NCBI GenBank assembly: GCA_036504855.1
Contig: DASXUL010000075.1
Span: 12,655-76,654 of the forward strand
Length of the DNA stretch: 64,000 nucleotides
Direction: 5' to 3'
DNA from: Armatimonadota bacterium
GTDB taxonomy: Bacteria; Armatimonadota; DTGP01; JAKQQT01
A program made the translations under genes and the position numbers. The notes beneath the pieces are model-generated. The model did no database searches, had not been told where the DNA came from, and worked only from the letters and a program-made list of their open reading frames with translations. Shown here piece by piece: positions 1 to 10,047 of the stretch; position 1 is the first letter of the stretch; the number at the start of each line of letters is the position of its first letter.

Positions 1-524
1 AGCTGGAGCCGTGGGTCCACAACTCCGCCGCGTCGTCCTGGAACATTCCGGGCGGCGGCGTCGGCAGCGCCGTGGGCACCCGCATGACTAACGACGAGTC
101 CACCGTCCGCATCAAAAACGCGGCCGGGACCGGCACCGACCAGTTGAACGTCGTCAAGGGTTCCACCAACACATGGAAGTGGTTCACCTACGAGCTGAAC
201 CCCGTTCAGAACTCCAACCCGGTGGCCAACAACCTCGCCTACGATGCCTTCGGCTGCTACGCCAGCAACCAGGGCGGCGGCGACTTCAAGCTGGACTCCT
301 GGTACAAGACCAACGACAATCCTGACGTCATCCGCACCGTGATCATCTCGCTGGACCCGACGATGCCGACGCTGCCCGCCACCCCGTCCGCCAAGGACGC
401 TCTGCGGATCTCCGCCGGATTGACGGCCGCAACCTCCGAGCTGATGGGCGTTGACAACGTCAACGGCGACGGCAAGGTCACCATCCAGGACGCCATCACC
501 CTTGCCAAGCAGGGGCTTCTGTAA
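1..524 (+). CDS. C-terminal fragment of a secreted carbohydrate-active/CBM-like protein ending in dockerin-like Ca-binding repeats (the ORF is open to the 5' window edge)
   Basis: The frame is open from nt 3 and stops at 522-524. The C-terminus '[18 protein letters not shown]' matches the dockerin type-I repeat pattern. Upstream is a Trp/Tyr-rich beta-sandwich-like segment. Confidence 0.55.
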   Translation, partial: LEPWVHNSAASSWNIPGGGVGSAVGTRMTNDESTVRIKNAAGTGTDQLNVVKGSTNTWKWFTYELNPVQNSNPVANNLAYDAFGCYASNQGGGDFKLDSWYKTNDNPDVIRTVIISLDPTMPTLPATPSAKDALRISAGLTAATSELMGVDNVNGDGKVTIQDAITLAKQGLL

Positions 525-784
525 ACCCAACGCGCTTCTCCCTCGTCTGGCAGGACGAGGAGAAGCCCTTATCCAACCCTGGCTCGGCTAAGATGTTCGA
601 GCCACGATTCCGCACCGTTCCGCCGGCGATGGGCCGGCGGAACGGGAGCGGACCAATCAGAACCAGCACCGGGCGCGTAACCGCCCCACGAGATCTCGCC
701 CCCCGGCGGGCGATGAGAGAAAGATTGCTTACCGCATACCCTACCCGCTTGGGCGTGTATCGCGATGGTGCGGAGTATAAACCT

Positions 785-1612
785 ATGAAAAAGCGAGGCT
801 TCACGCTGATCGAGCTGTTGGTGGTCATCGCCATCATCGCGATCTTGGCGGCCATTCTGTTCCCTGTATTTGCTAAGGCCCGTGACCGGGCCATGCTGAG
901 CACCTGCTTGTCCAACAACAAGCAGCTCGGCACCGCGTTCGCCATGTATCTCGGCGATACGGATAGTAGAGAGCCGTTCTGGGCCGACGGCAACAGACCG
1001 CCGGCGCCCTTCACAACCATTACCCACGCGGACGGCTCCACGGAGACCCCCTCTCGCACCACCTGGGACGTGTACATCTGGAGGTACGTGAACAATAAGA
1101 CCGTGTTCACTTGTCCGAAGAACACGTCGAAGTGGGGCAAGGCTCTGGGCGGCACCGCCAACCCGATCCGCTCATATTCCTTCCCGCAGAACATCAACGG
1201 CATTCTGGTGGGCCGCATCAAGAACCCCGCCAAGACCGTTCAGCTCTTTGAGAAGGGCTCCGAGGTTTGCGGTGTAACCTCCGACGCGCCTGGCGAGTAT
1301 TTCGGCCAGACCGTCAGCGGCTATACGGATATCACCAAGTCCAGCGCCAACGAGGCCGACTGGAAGCTGTTCCACGGACGCGGCAAAGTGTTCCTCTTTG
1401 TGGACGGGCACGTCGCCTGGTATCCGGTTTGGACGAGCAAGACAGCGTTCAACAACGATAACCCGTTCGGCTACTACTTCCCGAACTCCGGCGCCTCCGG
1501 CGGCTGGCCGAAGGGCGCTGCCGGCATGGGCTACTGCGGCCCGCTGGACAGCCTGCACGCCGGCGACGCAGCAAGCGGTCCTTCCGAGCCTGGCGCCAAC
1601 CTGCCCGACTAA
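785..1612 (+). CDS. prepilin-type N-terminal cleavage/methylation-domain protein, H-X9-DG (DUF1559) family
   Basis: ATG at 785 gives [36 protein letters not shown], a class III signal / pseudopilin N-terminus. Near the C-terminus, '[18 protein letters not shown]' gives an exact H-X9-DG. The ORF-track start at 593 is an upstream extension. Confidence 0.8.
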   Translation: MKKRGFTLIELLVVIAIIAILAAILFPVFAKARDRAMLSTCLSNNKQLGTAFAMYLGDTDSREPFWADGNRPPAPFTTITHADGSTETPSRTTWDVYIWRYVNNKTVFTCPKNTSKWGKALGGTANPIRSYSFPQNINGILVGRIKNPAKTVQLFEKGSEVCGVTSDAPGEYFGQTVSGYTDITKSSANEADWKLFHGRGKVFLFVDGHVAWYPVWTSKTAFNNDNPFGYYFPNSGASGGWPKGAAGMGYCGPLDSLHAGDAASGPSEPGANLPD

Positions 1613-1633
1613 ACAGCGGTCTGGAATGCGCAA

Positions 1634-1668
1634 AGAAAGCCCCCGGCCATCTGGCCGGGGGCTTTTGT
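1634..1668. terminator. bidirectional rho-independent terminator hairpin between convergent genes
   Basis: AAAGCCCCCGGCC-atct-GGCCGGGGGCTTTTG: a perfect GC stem with an A-tract on one side and a T-tract on the other. Confidence 0.6.
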
Positions 1669-1684
1669 CATGCGGGGCAGGCGG

Positions 1685-2392
1685 CTACGCGGTTTTCTGC
1701 CCGTAGTAGGCGCCGGGACCGTGTTTGCGGAGGTAGTGCTTGTCCAGCAGGTAATCGGGGATGGGGGCTAGCGCAGGGTTCAGGGCCAGGCAGCTCAGCG
1801 CCATTTGCGCGATGGTTTCGAGGGTGACGGCCGCCTCCAGCGCCTTCATCGGCGTTGCGCCCCAGGTGAACGGGCCGTGCTGGGCCACCAACACGCCGGG
1901 CGCCTCGGCCGGAACGATGTCGCGCGCGGCGAAGCACTCCAGGATCACCTTGCCCGTGTTCGCCTCGTACTCGCCGCGGATCTCTTCCTCGGTGAGGGGG
2001 CGGGTTGTGGGAACCGGGCCATGGAACGCATCCGCGTGGGTTGTGCCAAAACACGGGATATCACGCATCGCCTGCGCGAAGATGGCGGCGTGCACGGAAT
2101 GGGTGTGCGTAACGCCCCCGATCTCCGGCCAGGCGCGGTAGATCTCCAGGTGCGTGGGGGTATCGGATGATGGGCGCGCCGCGCCGTCCACCGTCTGTCC
2201 GGTGTCCAACGCCAGTACCACGATGTCTTCCGCATGCAGGGCGCTGTACGGTACGCCGCTGGGCTTGATGGCCATCACGCCCAGCCTCCGGTCCACGCCG
2301 CTGGCGTTCCCCCACGTCAAAACGGCGAGGCCGGCGTTGGCCAACCCCATGTTGGCCTCCCAGACGGACTCCCGCAGGTCTTGATAGGTCAT
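1685..2392 (-). CDS. araD: L-ribulose-5-phosphate 4-epimerase (class II aldolase/adducin family)
   Basis: 235 aa. Full-length similarity to AraD, including the metal-binding His pattern (HTHS...H). Genomic context with araB. Confidence 0.85.
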   Translation of the reverse strand: MTYQDLRESVWEANMGLANAGLAVLTWGNASGVDRRLGVMAIKPSGVPYSALHAEDIVVLALDTGQTVDGAARPSSDTPTHLEIYRAWPEIGGVTHTHSVHAAIFAQAMRDIPCFGTTHADAFHGPVPTTRPLTEEEIRGEYEANTGKVILECFAARDIVPAEAPGVLVAQHGPFTWGATPMKALEAAVTLETIAQMALSCLALNPALAPIPDYLLDKHYLRKHGPGAYYGQKTA

Positions 2393-2537
2393 ATGGATAC
2401 CTCTAGCATAGACCGCCTGGCCGTGAACGGCCGGCTCAGGGGACTAACGGCGCCTCCGCGCCGTGCGGTCAGGGCGCGAAGGCGCCCTTGGCTCACTGAG
2501 CCGGCCCCTCGGGGCCAGGCGATGGTTCCGCAACTGC

Positions 2538-4217
2538 TCAGGCCCTCGCCTCGTCGCGAATGGCAAGGAGGTCTTTCATCACGTTGCTGAGGTCGGCGGT
2601 GTGGCCGGCGATGCCGAAGGCGTCGTGAAGCTGGCGGTACAGGGCGTAGAGGCGGTTGTAGACGGCGGCGTTTGCCGGGATGGGCGTGTAGGATGCATCT
2701 CTCACGCCGGTCATGGCGGCCACGGCTTCCCCGAAGGAAGCGTGTCCGCCCCGCTCCGGCCCGGCCACAACGGAGGCGGCGATGGCGGAGCCGAGGGCGC
2801 ATGTTTGGTCGCTGCGGCTCACCAGCATGGGGCGGCCCAGGATGTCGGCGTAGATCTGCATCACCGTGGGGTTCTTCGCCGCGATGCCGCCGCAGTTGAT
2901 CACGCGTTCGGCCTTCACCCCGTACTCCTCCAGCCGCTCCACGATGGCGCGGGCGCCGAAGGCGGTTGCCTCAACCAGCGCGCGGTAGATCTCGGCGGCC
3001 GTGCTGTGCAGGGTAAGCCCCAGGATCAGGCCGGTGAGCCGCTGGTCCACGAGGATGGTGCGGTTGCCGTTGTGCCAGTCCAGGCTCAGAAGGCCGCTCT
3101 CGCCGGGGCTCAGGGCGGCGGCGCCCCTGGTGAGGGCCTCGTGTCCGCCGGCGCCGGGGCGGATGACGTTCACAAACCAGTTGAAGATATCGCCCACCGC
3201 GCTCTGTCCGGCCTCCAACCCGTAGGCCTGGGGCAAGACGGACTCGGGCACAATGCCGCAGAGGCCGGGGATGTCCGGCAGGTTGGCGCTGAGGGGGGCG
3301 ACCATGATGTCGCATGTGGATGTGCCCATGATCTTCACGAGGGCATCCTCGGCAACGCCGGAGCCGACGGCGCCGAGGTGAGCGTCGAACGCGCCCACGG
3401 CCACCGGGATGCCCGCGGGCAGTCCCAGTTTGGCCGCCCACTCTTCGCTGAGGGTTCCGGCGGCATCGGCAATGGAGTACGTACGGTCCGGCAGGGTTGA
3501 GCGTACGCTGGCGAGCCGGGGGTCCACGGAGGCGAGGAAGTCCGCGTCCGGATAGCCGCCCCACGCCGGGTTCGCCATGGCCTTATGCCCGGCGGCGCAG
3601 ATGCCGCGGCGCACATCGGTGGAGTTCTGGATGCCGCAGAGGACGGCGGGGATCCAGTCGGCGCATTCCACCCAGGTATGGGCGGCGTTGAACACGTCGG
3701 GCGCCACGCGCGCGCAGTGCAGCAGCTTCGCCCAGAACCATTCGCTGCTGTAGCGTCCGCCGCACTTGGCGAGGTACTGCGGGCGCGCCTTCTCGGCGGC
3801 GGCCGTGATCTCGGCCGCCTCCGCGTGGCTGGTGTGGTCCTTCCACAGCCAGGCCATTGCGGCCGGGTGGTGGGCGTAGGACGTCTGGAAGGCCAGAGGA
3901 CGGTTGACGGCGTCCACCGGGATCGGCGTGCTGCCGGTGGTATCCACCCCGATGGCGATTACCTGCTCCGGGGCAAAGCCGGGCCGTTTAGCGGCCTTAT
4001 GCAGCACGTCGTTGGTGACGGTTTCCGCCCCAGCCAGATAGTCGCCCGGGTGCTGCCGGGCGAGGTTAGGATCCTGCGGGTCCAGGATGATGCCCGCCTC
4101 GCCGTGCGGGTAGTTGAAGACGCTGGTGGCGATTTCCTCACCGGAGGAAACGTCCACCAGCAGTCCGCGCACCGAATTGGTTCCGTAATCGAGGCCGAGA
4201 GTGTAATGGTTGCTCAT
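2538..4217 (-). CDS. araB: ribulokinase (FGGY carbohydrate kinase)
   Basis: The true start is the internal ATG at 4217 (MSNHYTLGLDYGTNSVRG). FGGY N- and C-terminal domains are present; length ~560 aa. The ORF-track extension to 4406 runs through the intergenic palindrome. Confidence 0.85.
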   Translation of the reverse strand: MSNHYTLGLDYGTNSVRGLLVDVSSGEEIATSVFNYPHGEAGIILDPQDPNLARQHPGDYLAGAETVTNDVLHKAAKRPGFAPEQVIAIGVDTTGSTPIPVDAVNRPLAFQTSYAHHPAAMAWLWKDHTSHAEAAEITAAAEKARPQYLAKCGGRYSSEWFWAKLLHCARVAPDVFNAAHTWVECADWIPAVLCGIQNSTDVRRGICAAGHKAMANPAWGGYPDADFLASVDPRLASVRSTLPDRTYSIADAAGTLSEEWAAKLGLPAGIPVAVGAFDAHLGAVGSGVAEDALVKIMGTSTCDIMVAPLSANLPDIPGLCGIVPESVLPQAYGLEAGQSAVGDIFNWFVNVIRPGAGGHEALTRGAAALSPGESGLLSLDWHNGNRTILVDQRLTGLILGLTLHSTAAEIYRALVEATAFGARAIVERLEEYGVKAERVINCGGIAAKNPTVMQIYADILGRPMLVSRSDQTCALGSAIAASVVAGPERGGHASFGEAVAAMTGVRDASYTPIPANAAVYNRLYALYRQLHDAFGIAGHTADLSNVMKDLLAIRDEARA

Positions 4218-4305
4218 GATCTTTATGATGCCACGCGGAGTATGGGGCGTGTCTCGCGGGATGCCGCTGATCCGGCGGCGGCGCGGCGGAGATTGCCTCG
4301 ATCCG

Positions 4306-4373
4306 TGAGGATACCGCCCTCCCACGTCATTCCGAGCACAGCGAGGAATGACGTGGGAGGGCGGTATCCTCAA
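4306..4373. repeat. perfect 25-28 bp inverted repeat (GC-rich hairpin, 12-nt loop) in the araA-araB intergenic region
   Basis: GGATACCGCCCTCCCACGTCATTCC-gagcacagcgag-GGAATGACGTGGGAGGGCGGTATCC, read directly from the sequence. Confidence 0.7.
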
Positions 4374-4427
4374 GAGGGAAAAACTCCACCGCCCGCATTG
4401 TCCCACATCAATACAACAGGGAACGGA

Positions 4428-5828
<1,401 letters not shown>

Positions 5829-5936
5829 TGTCTGTCTCCTCACGAGTTGGGAAGGCGTGGGGCCGCATCGGACCCCGCTGATAGTATGTTACATCAAATA
5901 CATTAGACGGAAGCGAACGCGGCCCGAAACCGGCAG

Positions 5937-7079
5937 CTACATCCCCGGATACGGCCCCACGGCCTTCTCCTCATAGAGCAGCGTGGTGGATCCCAGGGTG
6001 ATGACGCAGCCGCCCGCCAGCCGGGTTGCGCGGACTGGTTGGCCGTTGACGGCGGGCGGGTTCTGCGCGTCCAGGGCCATCAGCACGCGTTCGGAGCCGC
6101 GATCCTCGATCACGGCCTGCTCCGGGGAGACGCCGGGGTCCTTGAAGAGGGTGATCTCACATTTCGGGCTGCTGCCGAGGCGCGTCCGCTGCTCGTAGAG
6201 GATGAACTGTTTGCCCGCCAGCGGACCGGATGTAACGCTGAGCCAGGCCTCCTTGCGCATCTGGTCTACCAAACCGATGGCGAGGCCGGCCGCCACGCCG
6301 AGCACGGTGATGCCCACGGCGCGGCTCATGGTTCCGGTATCGCCGGCGCCGAACCGCGTCACCATGCCGATGGGGTCGAACATCACGCCGGCGGCGAAGC
6401 CGCCGATGAGCCCGCCCAGCACTCCGTTCACGACGCGCTTGCCGGAGCCGCGCCCGATCCCCTGCCCCAGTCCGATGCAGGTCCCCACGATGGACCAGCC
6501 CACGATGCGCGCCAGCATGACGTTGGGCAGCGATGGCTGGCCGCTGCCGATGAGCACGCCGAAGCAAAGTTGTCCGATGGCGCCGCCCACGAAGCCGCCG
6601 CCGGCTCCAATGGCGAGGCCGACGAGGGCGGCCATGGCGGCCTTCTGGAAGGCGCGCGCCTCGATGCCCTCGGCGGCGCCCAGGCACATGCCGATGACGC
6701 CGCCCATGAGCGCGCCAAACCCGCCCATCGCCGCGATCATCTGCCCCATGCTGGTAGTCTCGGACTGCCAGCCCACCATCGCTTCGCTGAGGGCCCACGC
6801 CACCGCTCCGCCAACCAGCCCGGCAATGGCGGACGGGGCCAGCGCCTGCGCGGAGACGCCCGAGGGGTACTGCGTCTTCGTCTTCCCAGGCCCGTAGCCC
6901 ATCGGCCCCGGAACCATGGGACGGGGCGGCGCCGCTGGACGGTCTGGCGCGTTGCGCAGGTCGTCGGCGGTAATGACGATGCGGTTGGCGCCGGGCGTGG
7001 GGGCTTCCGCCTCCGGCGCCGGCGGTTTCGGCTGTTCATCATCGCCGTCGAACGATATCTCCACGCGGTTGTGGCTCAT
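5937..7079 (-). CDS. FHA-domain protein with a Gly-rich (glycine-zipper) multi-TM core; last gene of the Ubl-conjugation locus
   Basis: 380 aa. The centre is a GxxxG-rich hydrophobic block (GGFGALMGGVIGMCLGAAEG...). The C-terminal ~100 aa match the FHA pattern (GSSPKCEITL...VSPEQAVIE...). Confidence 0.55.
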   Translation of the reverse strand: MSHNRVEISFDGDDEQPKPPAPEAEAPTPGANRIVITADDLRNAPDRPAAPPRPMVPGPMGYGPGKTKTQYPSGVSAQALAPSAIAGLVGGAVAWALSEAMVGWQSETTSMGQMIAAMGGFGALMGGVIGMCLGAAEGIEARAFQKAAMAALVGLAIGAGGGFVGGAIGQLCFGVLIGSGQPSLPNVMLARIVGWSIVGTCIGLGQGIGRGSGKRVVNGVLGGLIGGFAAGVMFDPIGMVTRFGAGDTGTMSRAVGITVLGVAAGLAIGLVDQMRKEAWLSVTSGPLAGKQFILYEQRTRLGSSPKCEITLFKDPGVSPEQAVIEDRGSERVLMALDAQNPPAVNGQPVRATRLAGGCVITLGSTTLLYEEKAVGPYPGM

Positions 7080-7095
7080 GGGGCGCCCGCATTCA

Positions 7096-7623
7096 TCAGA
7101 AGAGCTGGATCTCGAGGTCGTCTCGCGCGGGGGCGGCGGCGCCCAGCGTAATGGCCACCTCGGGTTGGAGGATGTTGATATTGCCGACCGGGAGCATGTT
7201 CCGGTTCTGGACGGCCCAGCGCGCCGCGGCGGCGTTGAGCGGGCTCTTGGGGTTGTAGGTCTTGTACTGGATCATGTCGCCGATCTGCACGATGACGTCG
7301 ACCAGCGTCTCGCCGGCGGCCCAATGGTCGCCGATGCAGATGAAGGAGCCGAAGTTGGGGTGCCAGATGGGGGTCTTCAACACGCACTTGGGCTTCTCGC
7401 GCGGGTAGTCCGCGTGCAGGTAGATTTCGGCCACATGCTGACGCGCCGCAACGGGCGCGTTGCGGGTCGAGTCCCACACCAGGCCGGGCAGGTTGAACGT
7501 AACGATGTAGCGTTCGGGCGGGATGCCGGGCGCGGCGGGCTCCACCTTCACGAAGGGGTGTCCGGAAAACTCATTGCGGATCTTCTGCCAGTCCGCCGAC
7601 AGGCGCATCAACCTCGGGTTCAC
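7096..7623 (-). CDS. ubiquitin-conjugating enzyme E2-like (UBC fold) protein, paralog 1
   Basis: 175 aa with the hallmark E2 motif 'WHPNFGSFICIGDHW' (HPN, then the catalytic Cys 7 residues downstream). An upstream YxxxxP segment is present. Confidence 0.7.
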   Translation of the reverse strand: MNPRLMRLSADWQKIRNEFSGHPFVKVEPAAPGIPPERYIVTFNLPGLVWDSTRNAPVAARQHVAEIYLHADYPREKPKCVLKTPIWHPNFGSFICIGDHWAAGETLVDVIVQIGDMIQYKTYNPKSPLNAAAARWAVQNRNMLPVGNINILQPEVAITLGAAAPARDDLEIQLF

Positions 7624-7639
7624 ATGTACCTCAATCTGA

Positions 7640-7745
7640 AGTCATCAGTCGTCAGTAATCAGTATTCAGTCGGAAGGAATGCACGTCAGGATGCTGCCCT
7701 CACGGGCCAGGCCCATTGCTGATGACTGATCACTGACGACTGTGG
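7640..7745. repeat. CAGTC/GACTG stop-rich inverted-repeat element (family copy a)
   Basis: Left arm gtcatcagtcgtcagtaatcagtattcagtc; right arm gctgatgactgatcactgacgactg in inverted orientation around a ~45-nt core. It sits in an intergenic gap inside the Ubl operon. Confidence 0.6.
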
Positions 7746-7752
7746 ACTACGT

Positions 7753-8556
7753 TCACTCATTCTCCAGCAGGACGCGGGCGTCGTCCAGGAAGCCCTCGGC
7801 CTGGCGGAAGGCGCGGCGCATCGCGTCTCCGTAGTTCTGTGCGGCGGCGAAGTCGTTGGCTCCTTCGGCCCGCGCCTCGCGCTGCCAGTTTGTTAGCCCT
7901 TCGGCGTAGGCGGCGGCGGCGTTGTGCAGGGCGTTGGAGAGGCGTCGCGCCTTCGGACCAGTCTGCGCCGCGTCGAAGGCGCTCAGGGCCTGCCGGGCCC
8001 GGTCGTACCGGGCCACAAAATCGCCCAAGTCGCCGCCGGTGTCGACGCTGTTCTGCATCGCGTCGAAGGCCCGCATCACGGTGTCCGCATCGTCCTGAAA
8101 GTTCTCCGCGCGCTCCGCCGGACGGCGCTCCGGCGCGAAAGGCGATGGCTGAACCGCCGGCTGCGGGACCGCCGGAGCGGGAACCGGTTCCGGCGGCGCC
8201 AGGGTAACTGGCTGCGAGGCGGGACGGTTCATCGCCAGCACAAACACTATTAGTATGACCGTCGTCGCCGCAAGCGAGGTTCCGATCCAGACCGCTGGCC
8301 TTGCCGCGCGCCGGGCGCGCGGCCCCGGACCCGCGGCGCCCCCGTTCGTTGCATCTCTCTCAGCGGGCGCGCGGGGGGCCGGCGCGCTGGAGCAGCCGAA
8401 GGTGGTGCAGCCGCCGTTCTCGTTCCAGCATGCCTCGTGGTGCGCGATGGCGCACGCCCCGCACACGTGCACGGGCACGCCGGGCTTGATGGGCGTCTGG
8501 CAGTACGGGCAGGTCTTCCCGATGGCGGCCTGGCCGGTATCGGTATCGGTGTTCAA
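7753..8556 (-). CDS. membrane protein with an N-terminal RING/treble-clef-like binuclear zinc finger (ZnF-A), one TM helix and a C-terminal helical domain
   Basis: 'GKTCPYCQTPIKPGVPVHVCGACAIAHHEACWNENGGCTTFGC'; TM 'AVWIGTSLAATTVILIVFVLAM'; Pro-rich linker. Confidence 0.6.
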   Translation of the reverse strand: MNTDTDTGQAAIGKTCPYCQTPIKPGVPVHVCGACAIAHHEACWNENGGCTTFGCSSAPAPRAPAERDATNGGAAGPGPRARRAARPAVWIGTSLAATTVILIVFVLAMNRPASQPVTLAPPEPVPAPAVPQPAVQPSPFAPERRPAERAENFQDDADTVMRAFDAMQNSVDTGGDLGDFVARYDRARQALSAFDAAQTGPKARRLSNALHNAAAAYAEGLTNWQREARAEGANDFAAAQNYGDAMRRAFRQAEGFLDDARVLLENE

Positions 8557-8590
8557 GCTGGTTTCATTCGCCTAGCCCGTCCGCAACTCC

Positions 8591-9376
8591 CTAGAAGAGC
8601 GAGCGGGCGATGAAGAGCAGGCCCAGCACGAGGGCCACGATATTCAGGGTGTTGGCGGTCCGGGCAGCGGAGATCGCGCCCATGAAATCGCCAACCGTCG
8701 CCCGGCTGCGCGCCGTGGCGGAAAAGCAGATGCTGGCGACGCCAATCGGCAGGCAGCAGAATATGGTGACGAGGATGCTCTCCACCATATGGTCTTCCAC
8801 GCGCACCGGAGCGGCGTAAGGGTAGCCCGCGGGCGAGTTCCGGCCCTGCCAGGTTGGCGACACGGGCGGTGACCAACCGTACGCGGGCGGCGGCGCGCCG
8901 AACGTCTGAGGCGTTGGCGCGGCGGCCGCCCCGGCGCACCCAAAGGTCGTGCATCCGTTGTTCGCCCGCCAGCACTCTTCGTGGTGGGCCATCCCGCAGA
9001 TGGCGCACGCGCGCGCGGCCACCCCTGGTTTGATAGGCGTCTGGCAGTACGGACATGTTTTACCCACTGCATCGACCGGCGGCGCGGAAGGCATCGGCGG
9101 AGGCGGGGCGGGTCGCGCCGCCGGCTGGGGGGCGGGCTCCGGGTCCGCCGGCCGGAAGACGCGGGCGATCTGCGCGTGGACCTCGGACTCCGTGGCCGGC
9201 CGGACCGACAACTGGTAGCGCGTTTTCAGCAGCGCCAGCGTTCCGGCGGCCTCCACCGCGCCGGGATCCGCCGCAAGAATGGTCAGCAACGTGCCGTCCA
9301 GCGCCAGCGGGGCCACGCGATTGTATTCGCAGAACGGCCGGCGGACGATGTCTCTCAGTTGTGTGGAGGGCTGCAT
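8591..9376 (-). CDS. GspE-N-like domain + RING-like zinc finger (ZnF-B) + C-terminal CD225/dispanin (IFITM-like) membrane domain
   Basis: 'GKTCPYCQTPIKPGVAARACAICGMAHHEECWRANNGCTTFGC'. The C-terminus 'ILVTIFCCLPIGVASICFSATARSRATVGDFMGAISAARTANTLNIVALVLGLLF' fits the CD225 consensus. The N-terminal ~85 aa resemble the T2SS-E N-terminal domain. Confidence 0.6.
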   Translation of the reverse strand: MQPSTQLRDIVRRPFCEYNRVAPLALDGTLLTILAADPGAVEAAGTLALLKTRYQLSVRPATESEVHAQIARVFRPADPEPAPQPAARPAPPPPMPSAPPVDAVGKTCPYCQTPIKPGVAARACAICGMAHHEECWRANNGCTTFGCAGAAAAPTPQTFGAPPPAYGWSPPVSPTWQGRNSPAGYPYAAPVRVEDHMVESILVTIFCCLPIGVASICFSATARSRATVGDFMGAISAARTANTLNIVALVLGLLFIARSLF

Positions 9377-9389
9377 GGCGGTATGTGAA

Positions 9390-10004
9390 TCAGTATGAAC
9401 TGGACCTAGCGGCGGCGATGACCGCTATCACCCCAATAAGCCCGCCGAATAGGAGCGAAAGGGCGAAGAACACGATGGCCCACGTTCTCCAAACGTTCTG
9501 AGTGGCCTGCATTTCCTGAACGGAGCTGAACCGGCCGCTTTCCCAGGCCCAGCGGTTGCCCATTACGCCGCTGACGATGGCCACGACGAGACCGATGTAT
9601 GGCACGAGCGCGAGCAGTGTCCAGTAGGCGCGGTGATTGAGCCCCCAGATCCAACTGAACATGAAGGCGCCCCAGTTCCAGCCGCCCAGGTCCGCCGCCG
9701 TGGGCTGGCCTCCCGCGTAGCTTCCCGCGGCGTAGTTGTAGCCCTGCGCGCTTGGCGGCGCTTGGTATCCGCCCGGAGCCTGATATCCCGGGGGAGACGG
9801 TTGGTATCCGAACGTGGTCGCGGCGGCGCCCGCGGCGCGCGGGCAGCCGGGCCTCGTGCAGCCGGCATTCGCCTTCCAGCAGTCTATGTGGTGCGGCGTG
9901 TAGCATGATTCGCACACGTACACCGCGCCGCCGGGCTGCAGCGCGGCATGGCAGAACGGACAGGCCTTTCCAACGACATCCGGTCCGGCGATCATCTGTG
10001 GCAT
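9390..10004 (-). CDS. RING-like zinc finger (ZnF-C) + Gly/Tyr/Pro-rich linker + 2-TM C-terminal anchor
   Basis: 'GKACPFCHAALQPGGAVYVCESCYTPHHIDCWKANAGCTRPGC', followed by PGYQAPGGYQAPP repeats and two hydrophobic helices. Confidence 0.6.
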   Translation of the reverse strand: MPQMIAGPDVVGKACPFCHAALQPGGAVYVCESCYTPHHIDCWKANAGCTRPGCPRAAGAAATTFGYQPSPPGYQAPGGYQAPPSAQGYNYAAGSYAGGQPTAADLGGWNWGAFMFSWIWGLNHRAYWTLLALVPYIGLVVAIVSGVMGNRWAWESGRFSSVQEMQATQNVWRTWAIVFFALSLLFGGLIGVIAVIAAARSSSY

Positions 10005-10047
10005 GAGGGATACTCATTTCTGCCCTAGGGGCGTTGTTGGGCGGGCG

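Noticed and set aside
593-784. 5' extension of the first H-X9-DG gene
   Set aside because: The class III signal peptide [12 protein letters not shown] begins at the ATG at 785. The upstream part is a frame left open by an alternative start.
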